Source: Malacoraja senta
Lineage: Eukaryota
Length of the DNA stretch: 64,000 bases
Direction: 5' to 3'
NCBI GenBank assembly: GCA_038087875.1
Contig: CM075992.1
Coordinates: forward strand, 3,040,001 to 3,104,000
Shown here: one piece after another, positions 52,616 through 64,000 of the stretch
Numbering within the stretch: position 1 is the stretch's first letter
Layout: each line of letters starts with the position of its first letter
Notes under the pieces: generated by a model
Database searches by the model: none
Seen by the model: the letters and a program-made list of their open reading frames with translations, nothing else
What the model was told of the DNA's origin: nothing
Translations under genes and position numbers: made by a program

Positions 52616-54592
52616 GAAAGGCACTGTAGAAATGCATCATGAGTAGGAAGGAACTGCAGATGCTGGTCTAAACCGAAGATAGACACAAAATGCTGGAGTA
52701 ACTCAGCGGGTCAGGCAGTATCTCTGGAGAGAAGGAATGGGTGACGTTTCAGGTAGAGACCCTTCCTCAGACTGAAGAACCTGAAACATCACCCATTCCT
52801 TCTCTCCATAGAAATGCATCAGTTTGAAGAAGGGTCCTGACCCAAAACGTCACCTATCCTTGTCCTCCACAGATGCTGCCTGACCCGCTGAGTTACTCCA
52901 CAACTTTGTGTTTTAGTTTGGAGTCACAGCGTGGAAACGGGCGTTTTGGACGCCGTGTCCAGGCCGACCACCCGTTCACACTAGTTCTACGTCCCACACG
53001 CTAGGGGCAATTTACAGAGGCATAATTAGCCTACGGACCTGCATGTCTTTGGGATGTGGGAGGAAACCGGAGAAAACCCACGCAGGTCACGGCGAGAACA
53101 TACACACTCCACACAGTCCTGGAATCGCCTGTCCGTGGGACAGGCCCTTTAGTGGGTCAAGCAATATCGGTGGTGGGAATTGATAGGCAATGTGTTAGGC
53201 CGGGATGCTTCAGGCTTTAGAGATACAGCGCGGAAACAGGCCCTTCGGCCCACCGAGTTCGCGCCAACCGGCGACCCCCGCACACTAACACTATCCTACA
53301 CGCACTAGGGACAATTTACAATTATACAGAAGCCAATTAACCTACAAACCTGTACGTCTTCGGAGTGTGGGAGGAAATTGGAGCACCCGGAGAAAACCCA
53401 CGCAGGTCATGGCGAGAACATACAAACTCCACACAGTCAGCACCCGTAGTTAGGATCGAACCCGCTGTGCGGTGGCAACTCTACTGTTGCGCCACCCTTT
53501 ATATAGAAATGTAAGTGTGCCTTTAGTGTTTGATTTTAATATTTCAAGTGTATTGGACATGGACATGCAGAATTTCACAGTGACCAGAGGAGGGTCTCGA
53601 CCCGAAACGTCATCTATTCCTTCTCTCCAGACATGCTGTCTGACCCGCTGAGTTACTCCAGCTTTTTGTGTCCAACCAAAGCTAGCAAGTTGGATGCATG
53701 CATAGAACCAAACAGGCAGAAGGGATGCTGCAAGATTAAACCCAGCAGATCACGGTGTATCCGTTTTCATGCAATACTGATGAACAATGGCAGAAACACT
53801 CTCTCTCTTTGTGTATTAATAGCAGACTCTGGTATTAAAATGCAATCTATTTAAGGGTTTAAATGACCAGGACCATGCTATCTTTCACCACTTCGATTAC
53901 ATTGTTCACCTTAGTTTAATCACCGTACTCTTGGTGGGTTCAGCAACAGACTGGTTCCCACCAAGATGCAGCACAGATCGCAACAGGAGATCCTTCTTCC
54001 CCACAGCTATCAAACTGTGCAACCCCTCCCCCTTCTGTCGTGGGGTCGACTGAGACTGACTCTCCTCCCCCCCCCCCCCCACCTCCCCAATCTTTGCACA
54101 TCCCCCAAGCCTTTCCACTCCTCACTTTAATTTCATGTTTCATGTATTTCGTGTTTTTTATGACAGATCAATTTCCCTCCTGGGATAAATAAAGTTCTAT
54201 CGTATCGTGTCGTGTGGGGTTGCAGATGCATTTCCCCATACTGCAGCCCCCCTACAGTTCAGACAGGGCAGCATTGCCTGCAAGCTTCATTAGTATGTAG
54301 CTAGCTGGTGTTGTGAGCGAGGATGCTGCTGCATAGACACATGGGCATGGCATGTGTGGCAGCATGAATCGCAGCCACTCTGGCTGCTCGATCTATTGTG
54401 TCAACGTGTCACCCGGGCACATGCTTGTCGCATCCCAAGTGCCATCTATTTCAACGCATCAATGCACCCTCCCTTTCAGAACGCTCACCTAACGGATTTT
54501 GTTTTCTTTAAGCCACGCATGGGCTGTAGGGGCCACTGACAGAGACAGTATTTCTTGACCCTGAGTAAAACGCAAAGTGCTGGAGGAGCTTA

Positions 54593-55070
54593 CGGGCCTG
54601 TCCCACGGGCAGGCGATTCCAGGCGGCAAGCGCGACTTCCCCGGAAGCGGGGGCCGCGCGGGTGCCACCGTAAGGCCTGTCCCACGAGCATGCGAATGCA
54701 TGCGGCGAGCGCAACCTAACCGGAAGCGGTTGCCGCGCGGAGGCCGAGTGATTACCGTACGGCCTGTCCCACGAGCCTGCGAATGCATGCGGCGAGCGCG
54801 CCGCCGGGTGATGACGTCATTGCGCAACGCAACGCGCTAGCCTACGCCGTCAAGACGGTGCGCGGCGTCCAGGCGGTGCGCGCGGCGTCGAGGTGGCAGG
54901 CCGTTGAGGCACGGGATTTTTGGACAGTGTCAGTTTTTCTGAGCCCCGCGCGGTGTCGGGACCAACTACACACGGCTCCGGCGATCTACGTGGGAACGAC
55001 CCCGCGCGGCCTCCGCTTCCTGCTAGGTCGCGCTTGCCGCCTGGAATCGCCTGCCCGTGGGACAGGCCCT
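54593..55070. mobile_element. GC-rich PIF/Harbinger-like MITE
   Basis: ~45-bp TIRs gggcctgtcccacgggcaggcgattccaggcggcaagcgcgac; TSD TTA at 54590-54592 and 55071-55073; same subfamily as 44427-45057. Confidence 0.9.
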
Positions 55071-55137
55071 TTAGTGGGTCAAGCAATGTCGGTGGTGGGA
55101 ATTGATAGGCAATGTGTTAGGCCGGGATGCTTTAGGC

Positions 55138-55442
55138 TTTAGAGATACACCGCGGAAACAAGTCCTTCGGCCCACCGAGTCCGCGCCAAGCGGCGACCCC
55201 CGCACACTAACACCATCCTACACACACTAGGGACAATTTACAATTATACAGAAGCCAATTAACCTACAAACCTGTACGTCTTCGGAGTATGGGAGGAAAT
55301 TGGAGCACCCGGAGAAAACCCACGCAGGTCACGGGGAGAAGGTACAAACTCCGTACAGACGGCAGCACCCGTGGTTAGTGTGGAACCCGGGTCTCTGGCG
55401 CTGTGAGGCAGCAACTCTACCGCTGAGCCACCCGTGCCGCCC
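55138..55442 (-). mobile_element. V-SINE (HE1-like), full length
   Basis: Complete head, V-domain and tail on the minus strand. Confidence 0.88.
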
Positions 55443-56139
55443 TTGAATAAAACACAAAGCACTGGAGGAGCTCAGTGGGTCAGGCTGTGTCTGTGGAGGG
55501 AATGGATTAGTGCCGGGTCTCATCTTCAGACTGGGGAAGCTGCTAAAGAGGTGGGGGCTAGGGGGGGGACATGGCCTGCCAAGTGACAGGTACATATAGG
55601 TGAGGGAGGCTGATGGCAGATGGGTGGATACAGTAGAGAATCATACAGCACGGAAACAGACCCTTCGGCCCAACTTGTCCATGCCGACCAATATGCCCCA
55701 TTTACAAAAGTCCCACCTTCCTGAATTGATGACATATTGGGTCAGGACCCTTCCTCAAGCTGATTATGATCGGGGAAAGAAAGCTGGAAGAGAGATGTGC
55801 GAGGGAGGTTAAAGCCTGGCGAGTGATAGGTGGAGACAGGCTGGGGGGGGGTGGGGGGTGGGGGAGGTTTATTGGCAAATGGGTGGACAAGGGCTGGTGA
55901 TAAAACAAAGGAAGACAAGAGGGTGTGGGATAAGGAAAGAGGAGAACTGAAATGTGAGGCTAGAGGAAGGGATGTAGCTGGAAGAGGGCGGAGGGAAGGG
56001 CAAGGGGGAACGATAGATCAGCCATGATTGAATAGCGGAGTTGACTTAATGGGCCAAATGGCCTCATTGTGCTCCTAGAACGTTTGAAGGACGGTGGGTG
56101 AAGTGGGTCCGCATTGGGAAAAGAGGGGAACACTCCAGG

Positions 56140-56720
56140 TGTGAGACCACACCTGGAGTATTGCGTACAGATTTGGTCTCCTAATCTGAGGAAAGACATT
56201 CTTGCCATAGAGGGAGTACAGAGAAGGTTCACCAGACTGATTCTTGGGATGGCAGGACTTTCATATGAAGAAAGACTGGATAGACTCTGCTTGTACTCGC
56301 TAGAATTTAGAAGATTGAGGGGGGATCTTATAGAAACTTACAAAATTCTTAAGGGGTTGGACAGGCTAGATGCAGGAAGATTGTTCCCGATGTTGGGGGA
56401 AGTCCAGAACAAGGGGTCACAGTTTAAGGATAAGGGGGAAGTCTTTTAGGACCGAGATGAGAAAAACATTTTTTACACAGAGAGTGGTGAATCTGTGGAA
56501 CTCTCTGCCACAGAAGGTAGTTGAGGCCAGTTCATTGGCTATATTTAAGAGGGAGTTAGATGTGGCCCTTGTGGCTAAAGGGATCAGGGGGTATGGAGAG
56601 AAGTCAGGTACAGGATACTGAGTTGGATGATCAGCCATGATCATATTGAATGGCGGTGCAGGCTCGAAGGGCCGAATGGCCTACTCCTGCACCTATTTTC
56701 TATGTTTCTATGTTTCAATG
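56140..56720 (+). mobile_element. CR1/HER1-like LINE 3' fragment
   Basis: VRPHLEYCVQIWSPNLRKDILAIEGVQRRF...; (TTTCTATG)n tail. Confidence 0.92.
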
Positions 56721-57555
56721 TTCTAAAGGGGTACGTGATTTTACCTAAAATTAGAGAATTTAATGTTCATACCATTGTGTTGGGATCTACCCAAGTAGAA
56801 CATGTCAAGTTTCAGTAACGTTGTTTTGTACAAATGATTAAGTCTGCGTTAGAGTGCCAGTTGCCTTATTCCTAATCCTAATCATTTTAACAAATATATT
56901 TTAAACTGCATGTATCCATCATGGATGTGCAAGGTAATGCCATCAAAGTCTGGTCAAGGATAGTCCAAGGGACATCAAAGAGGTAGATAGTAGTTCAGCA
57001 CTGCTCTCTGGTTGTGGTAGGATGATACAGTTGCCTGATAAGTAAGTAAGTAAGTAAGTAAGTTTATTGGCCAAGTATTCACATACAAGGAATTTGCCTT
57101 GGTGCTCCGCCCACAAGTGACAACATGACATACAGTGACAGTTACGAATGATTCCGAAAACGATAAACATTAATAATAATAAGACATTAATGATAAAACA
57201 CCATTGATCAAGCATGTGAACCAACAAAATACCAACAGAATAACAATGAACCTACAAACCCACACGTCTATTTGGATGCCGGTGGAAGCCAGAGGAGAGA
57301 AACCCCACATGGCCACATGGAGAGCGTGCAACCTCCCCACAGACAGCACCCGAGGTCAGGATCAGACCTTGTCTGTTGTTCTCTGAGTTGAAGGGGATGT
57401 GGCGAGTCTAAGTCATAGGGGAAATCTCTTTGATCGGACTTTACTGCCTCTAGTGTGAATGGCTCGACAGTTGTCACGTATTGTCTTTCCGCTGGCTGGT
57501 TAGCACGCAGCAAAGGCTTTTCATTGTACCTCGGTACATGTGACAATGAACTAAC

Positions 57556-57840
57556 GGGTGGCGCAGCGGTAGAGTTGCTGCCTTACAGCGCTTGCAGCAC
57601 CAGAGACCCGGGTTCGATCCTGACGACGGGCGCTGTCTGTGCGGAGTTTGTACGTTCTCCCCGTGACCGCGCGGGTTTCCTCCCACTCTCCAAAGACGTA
57701 CAGGTCTGTAGGTTAATTGGCTTGGTGTATAAGTGTAAATTGTCCCTAGTGTGTGTGTGGTAGTGTTAATGTGCGGGGGGTCGCTGGTCGGCGTGGACTC
57801 GCTGGGCCTGTTTCCCCGCGGTATCTCTAAAGTAAACTAA
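57556..57840 (+). mobile_element. V-SINE (HE1-like), near full length
   Basis: gggtggcgcagcggtagagttgctgcc...gggttcgatcc...V-domain...tatctctaaa. Confidence 0.88.
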
Positions 57841-58296
57841 AACCTGGCTCTCTGGTGCTATGGGGCAGCAGCTCTACCTGCTGCAGCGCGGTGCCGTCCT
57901 TTGTCTTCCATACGTTTCTCCCTCCATCTCTGAGCACGCTTCTTGCCACCTGTCCTTGCGTTGCTTAGGTGGCTTTGTGTCAGTGTTTTGTATGGGTTGG
58001 GTGTCCTGTGTTTACCCCTGGTTCGACACGGGTGCTATGTGGGTGGAAGGTGTTGAGCATGTTATTACTTGAAGCCTCCAGCCGATAGCCATGCTATGAG
58101 AAACAACTATACCGCCTTGGAAGCGTTGAATTAGCCTATTTGCACCAAACAGCATTTAATTCCCTACGCCTTGAAATAACCTTTCAGGGCAAGGTGCTAG
58201 AATCAAAGCAAATACTACAATGGATGTAGAATGATCAAGTACATCAGAACAGATAGTTTAAAACATGTTATTACTTGCTACCTTGTAGTCGATAGC

Positions 58297-58753
58297 CAAT
58301 AGACAATAGACAATAGGTGCAGGAGTAGGCCATTTGGCCCTTTGAGCCAGCACCGCCATTCAATGTGATCATGGCTGATCATCCCCAATCAGTACCCCGT
58401 TCCTGCCTTCTCCCCATATCCCCTGACTCCGCTATTTTTAAGAGCCCTATCTAGCTCTCTCTTGAAAGCATCCAGAGAACCGGCCTCCACTGCCCTCTGA
58501 GGCAGAGAATTCCACACACTCACAACTCTCTGTGAGAAAAAAGTGTTTCCTCGTCTCCGTTCTAAATGGCTTACTCCTTATTCTTAAACTGTGTGGCCCC
58601 TGGTTCTGGACTCCCCCAACATCGGGAACATGTTTCCTGCCTCTAGCGTGTCCAAGCCCTTAACAATCTTATACGTCTCAATGAGATCCCCTCTCATCCT
58701 TCTAAACTCCAGAGTGTACAAGCCCAGCCGCTCCATTCTCTCAGCATAAGACA
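58297..58753 (-). mobile_element. CR1/HER1-like LINE 3' fragment (a near-identical copy lies at ~59563-60100)
   Basis: Shared ORF end and (ATTGTCT)n tail. Confidence 0.9.
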
Positions 58754-61232
58754 TGCTATGAAGAACCGCGCTTGAAAAGGCAAAAATGTCAGCCTAGTCG
58801 TTGCAGCAAACAGCATTCGATTCCATATGTCGTGAAATAACTTTTCAATGAAAGGTGTTCCAATCTAACCACACCATGCTCATTGCTGGCTACACTAACT
58901 CCTGGAGCCCTGATCACTGTGATCTGAATGTTAGACCAGGCAATGTTTTTTTTTTTTTCTCATTAAATCACAGGAGAACAATGATGCACCTTCAATAGAT
59001 GACGTGCGTGGTTCTGAGCCTGGAGACATTCCTCTCTGCCGCCTTATGCAGTGATTAAATATAGTAACAGGCAGGCGCAGTGTGTGTACGAGCTGCAAGT
59101 CCAGAATGGAGATTATTTTCCTAAGTGGTGTGTGTGGGTTGTGGCGATGCGGTTGTCTCCAGCTCTGAGCTCTTGTATTTAACGTTAGACATTAACGATC
59201 TTCCATTCTCTTATTCACACGTATAAATGAAAGGCAGCCTCCATGAGTGATGTGAGCTGGGCTTTTGATAACATCAATCTTTTCGACCTGTGCAATATGT
59301 TGCAGCTGAGCGATTTCCCTTACAATTCCCTTTGTTTTCGGGGGGGAGGTTTGCAGCACAGCGGGGGGCCACTCGGCCCATCGCGTCCAGCCTGGCGAAA
59401 GAGAATTTTAGATTTTTAGATGTGCCATTTGTCAAGATGTTGCCAAGCTGAAAAGGGTACGGGAAGATTTACGGGGATGTTGCCAGGACTGGAGGGTGTG
59501 AGTTATAGGGAGAGGTTGAGTAGGCTGGGACTCTATTCCTTGGAGCGCAGGAGGATGGGATGATAGACAATAGGCAATAGACAATAGGTGCAGGAGGAGG
59601 CCATTCGGCCCTTCAAGCCAGCACCGCCATTCAATGTGATCATGGCTGATCATCCCCAATCAGTACCCCGTTCCTGCCTTCTCCCCATATCCCCTGACTC
59701 CGCTATTTTTAAGAGCCCTATCTAGCTCTCACTTGAAAGCATCCAGAGAACCTGCCTCCACCGCCCTCTGAGGCAGAGAATTCCACAGACTCACCACTCT
59801 CTGTGAGAAAAAGTGTTTCCTCGTCTCCGTTCCAAATGGCTTTTACTCCTTATTCTTAAACTGTGTGGCCCCTGGTTCTGGACTCCCCCAACATCGGGAA
59901 CATGTTTCCTGCCTCTAGCGTGTCCAAGCCCTTAACAATCTTATATGTTTCAATGAGATAACCTCTCATCCTTCTAAACTGTGAGTGGACAAGCCCAGCC
60001 GCTCCATTCTCTCAGCATATGACAGTCCCGCCATCCCGGGAATTAACCTTGTAAACCTACGCTGCACTCCCTCAATAGCAAGAATGTCCTTCCTCAAATT
60101 AGATCTTCTAGAGGTGTGTATAATCATAAGAGGAATAGATCGGGTAGATGCACAGAGTCTCTTGCCCAGAGTGTAGCGGGAAGCAGGACTCTCTCTGTGT
60201 CCTCTGCTGCTGCTTCCTCCTCCCCTGTGTTTGCTCCACCACTAATGGTCTGGTTCTTTCAATGACTACAAGCCTCCTGAGAGTGTGTAGTAAGCAAGCT
60301 GTGCCAACTCACTCCCTATTGAGCACTGCCCCAGTGGAGTGAATGTCACACTGCTGCAGCTCCTGCTGTGGAACGGCACCCCGCGGGCATGTCAACTCTC
60401 GGCTCCATCAGGTGGGGGGGGGGGGGGGGGGAGAGAAGGTTGCATTTCACTGTTAGCCGGCTTCATCGATGGACGTACTCAGACAGCAACCACCACCACA
60501 ATTCATCACGGTGGCGCAGCGCCAGATTCCCAGGTTCCATCCCGACTGCGGATGCTGCCTGTACGGAGTTTGTACGTTCTCCCCGTGACCTGCGTGGGTT
60601 TTCTCCAGGATCTCCGGCCTTCTTCTTCCATGTCTCAAATGTTGACCTCGCTGTCATCGTCCGTCCTGAAAAGGACGCAAGCTTCCGGCGACAATCAGTG
60701 GAAGCCATCACTTGTTGCGATAGATGATGGTGGTAGCAGAATTAGCTCGGGATACTTCCAGTTCCCAGCCCCGCCACGTGGACACTTCTGCTATGGGGCC
60801 CGGGATGTCCGGTTTCCGCCCACACTCCAAAGACATCCAGGTTTGTAGGTTAATTGGCTTGGTATAAATGTAAATTGTCCCTAGTGTGTGTAGGATAGTG
60901 TAAGTGTGCGGGGATCGCTGGTCAGTGTGGACTCGGTGGGCCGAAGCCCCTGTTTCCGCGCTGTATCTCTAAACTAAACAAACTGAACTAAAGCTTCGTA
61001 ACAAAAGGATAAACCTTTAGACACTTCGACAGGCGCATGGATAGGAAAAGTTTGGAGGGATCTGGCCAAACGCTGGCGAGTGGGACTAGCTTGGATGGGC
61101 TTAGCTGATGATGAGAATACTTTGTTGTCACTGGTACCTCGGTAGGTGCAGTGACATTATTTGTCTTTGCAGACAAAGTGCACAATAGAGTTGCCACAAA
61201 GGCAGCAAAGTTACAAAGCATACTCATGCCTT

Positions 61233-61797
61233 CTTGATCCCCCCACGCCAGGACCCCCTTAGTGTCCGTGTCCGCAGCCTGGGGTCCCTCGTTGGGGACC
61301 CGGGAGGAGGAGAGCTCCGACCGCCGGCCCGCGGCCAACTTCTACCGCGGGCGCGACGGGGACTTACCATCAGGAGCGGGGCCACTCGCCGGGGACCCCT
61401 GCGGTCTGCGGTGCTTCTGGCTGCGGCGCGGCGGGAACTTTAAATCTTCGGCCGCCGGCCTGCGGCCTACACCAACCGGAAGCCCCGGTCTCCGGTGGGG
61501 AAGCAACGATTCAGGACTTACCTGGACTTTATCTGGACTTTGCCTTGTCTGAACGTCTGGACGCCCGCAGCGGCGGCGGCAGAGGGTTGAGGTCCCGACC
61601 ACGGGGGAAAATGGAGGAGGACAGGCCAAATTTTGTGCCTTCCACGACAGTGATGAATGCTGTGGTGGATGTTTGTGTTAAAAAAAAATGATTGTGTTTT
61701 TGTGTGTTCTTTTTCATTGTACCGCTGCTGGCAAATTCATTTCACTTGCACTTTATGTGCAATGTGACGAATAAAACCGATATTGATTGATATTGAT
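61233..61797 (+). mobile_element. GC-rich non-autonomous retroelement fragment with AATAAA and an (ATTGAT)n-like tail
   Basis: Shares ggacttaccatc and tttgccttcca...acagtga motifs with the minus-strand element at ~15430-15755. Confidence 0.5.
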
Positions 61798-63147
61798 CGT
61801 GTTTGGTCCCCCCCCCCCCCGTCCACCGGTACCCCATTAGTTCTCAGTGCCCCCCCCCCCCCCCTCACGCCGGCTCCCCCATTGGATCTCCGCAGCACAG
61901 CCACCTTGATCTCGAGGCTCTGCCCTGGGCCTGACTCCGTTTGGTTCAAAGTCACATCCAGAAGGTGAGAACGCAGCCAATTGGGGAACCAAACGCTAAT
62001 ATTTTATTGGGAATTTCCCGCACACAGCGAGTGGCCGGTGCATAAACGTGGTACAAATGCTGATGAATGCGAATGATTCCCAGAATCATTGATTTAATCA
62101 TCTCGTTAGAGCCTCCTAATTATGTGCATTGTTCATGGTGTTGATATAATGGTTTCTCGACCTGATTATGTATGAGCGGAGGAAACGTTTCCTTCAGGGA
62201 GCAACTTAATTATTTCACAAAACTGATTACTTGAGAACAAGGTGCCAGATCTCGGAAGGTGCATGGGTCCGGTGCATGGGTGCAGCCCAGTGCCGAGAAT
62301 GGCAATGCCAAATGCTTCCGGGTAAAGCTAAAAACGTACAAGGACAGTAAACCAAAGGCTTTATGTGTTGGAAGGAACTGCAGATGCTGGCTTAAACCGA
62401 AGATAGACACAAAAAGCTGGAGTAGCTCAGCGAGTCAGGCTGCATCCCAAGAGAACATGGATAGGCGACGTTTTGGTGGGAACCTTCTTTAGACTTATTG
62501 TGGTGGGAGGGAGGGTGGGGTTGGGGTGGAGAACGCTGGAAAAGAGGAGAGACAGCACAAAAAAGTCACAAAAAGCTGGAGCAACTCAGCGGGACAGGCA
62601 GCATCTCTGGAGAGAAGGAATGGGTGACGCTTCGGGTCGGGACCCTTCTTCAGACTCTGAGTTGCTCCAGCATTTTGTGTCTGTCTTCGGTTTAAACCAG
62701 CATCTGCAGTTCCTGCCAACACATGTGTTTCGTCTTTCATGTGTTGAGCAGGTGGCCAGTTTGTTCAACGTGTGAGTGATGTGTTTGGAGCCGTTTGTGA
62801 GTAATGCATGGAATTGCCCTGGAAATGCAATTCTCCTTTCCAGTCAGTGACAGGAACCAACAGGCAGTGTGATGTCCGGGATATGAGACATCGTTAGCCT
62901 GTGAAGGTTCAAACGCTGAGGTGTTGACTGACTAAAAGGCGAAGCCCTGGAGCAACTCAGCGGGACGGGTCAGGCAGCATTCGTGGTGGGAAGGAACAGG
63001 TGACGTCTCGGGTCGGGAGCCTTCTTAAGGCTGATGCATGGGCGTGGGGGCAAAGCTACTTCCAAGAGGGAGCCAGATAAGGCTCTTAAAGATAGCGGAG
63101 TCAGGGAATATGGGGAGAAGGCAGGAACCGGGTACTGATTGGGGATG

Positions 63148-63365
63148 TAGACAAAAGTGCTGGAGAAACCCAACGGGTGAGGCAGCATCTATGGAGCGAA
63201 GGAAATAGGCAACGTTTCAGGCCGAAACCCTTCTTCAGACTGGGTCAGGCAGATGAGATCAGTTGCCTATTTCCTTCGCTCCACAGATGCTGCTGCACCC
63301 GCTGAGTTTCTCCAGCATTTTTGTCCACCTTCGATTTTCCAGCATCTGCAGTTCCTTCTTAAACA
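63148..63365. mobile_element. Head-to-head inverted Penelope-derived mini-element inside a CR1 3'UTR
   Basis: 15-bp TSD tactgattggggatg at 63133-63147 and 63366-63380. Confidence 0.85.
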
Positions 63366-64000
63366 TACTGATTGGGGATGATCAGCCATGATCACATTGA
63401 ATGGCGGTGCTGGCTCGAAGGGCCAAATGGCCTACTCCTGCACCTATTGTCTAGAAGCTGGTAAAAAAAGACGGGGGTGGGGGTAAAGCATGGCAAGTGA
63501 TAGGTGGAAGATAGACACAAAAAGCTGGAGTAACTCAGCAGGACAGGCAGCGTCTCTGGAGAGAAGGGATGGGTGACGTTTCGGGTCGAGACCCTTCTTC
63601 AGCTTTTTGTGTCTACGGTTTAAACCGGCATCTGCAGTTCCTTCCTGCACAAGTGATAGGTGGATACAGGTAAGGGGATGGGTGGCAAGAACATAGAGAA
63701 CAGATGGAACAAGATGCCAAGTTGAACTGATCTCCTCTGCCTGACCATGGCCCATACTCCTCTATTCTCTGCACATCCATGTGCCTATCTAAAAGCCTAG
63801 AGGTCATAGCCTCAGAATTAAAGGACGTTCCTTCAAGAAGGTGATGAGGGGAAAATTCTTCAGAGGGTGGTGAATCTGTGGAATTCTTTGCCAGAGAAGG
63901 CTGTGTAGGCAAAGTAAGAGGATATATTTAAGGCAGAGACAGATAGATTCTTGATTAGTACGGGTGTCAGAGGTTACGGGGAGAAGGCAGGAGAATGGGG

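Overview
This is eukaryotic, repeat-dense intronic DNA from a cartilaginous fish, most likely a skate or ray (inferred from HE1-like V-SINEs and HER1/CR1-like LINEs). The only host coding sequence is three + strand exons (35328-35419, 38919-39068, 41348-41535; 430 nt in total) of a Cav2 voltage-gated calcium channel alpha1 subunit. The best match is CACNA1A/Cav2.1 exons 4-6, covering domain I S4, S5 and the pore loop. The exons on either side are not in the window. The rest is a nested mosaic of CR1-, Rex1-, RTE- and Vingi-like LINE fragments, V-SINEs and older DeuSINE relics, an internally deleted Gypsy element, Harbinger-like and hAT-like MITEs, microsatellites, a ~1.2 kb fold-back and a 200-N gap. 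The most striking signal is a high-copy family of ~100-300 bp Penelope-derived mini-elements. They carry a minimal hammerhead-ribozyme core (CTGAAGA-A-stem II-GAAA-CGTC/T) and repeatedly have 13-15 bp target-site duplications. They occur as solo units, head-to-head inverted pairs and a 66-bp tandem array, many in sense orientation to the channel pre-mRNA. All family names come from motif recognition, not database searches, and most repeat boundaries are approximate.
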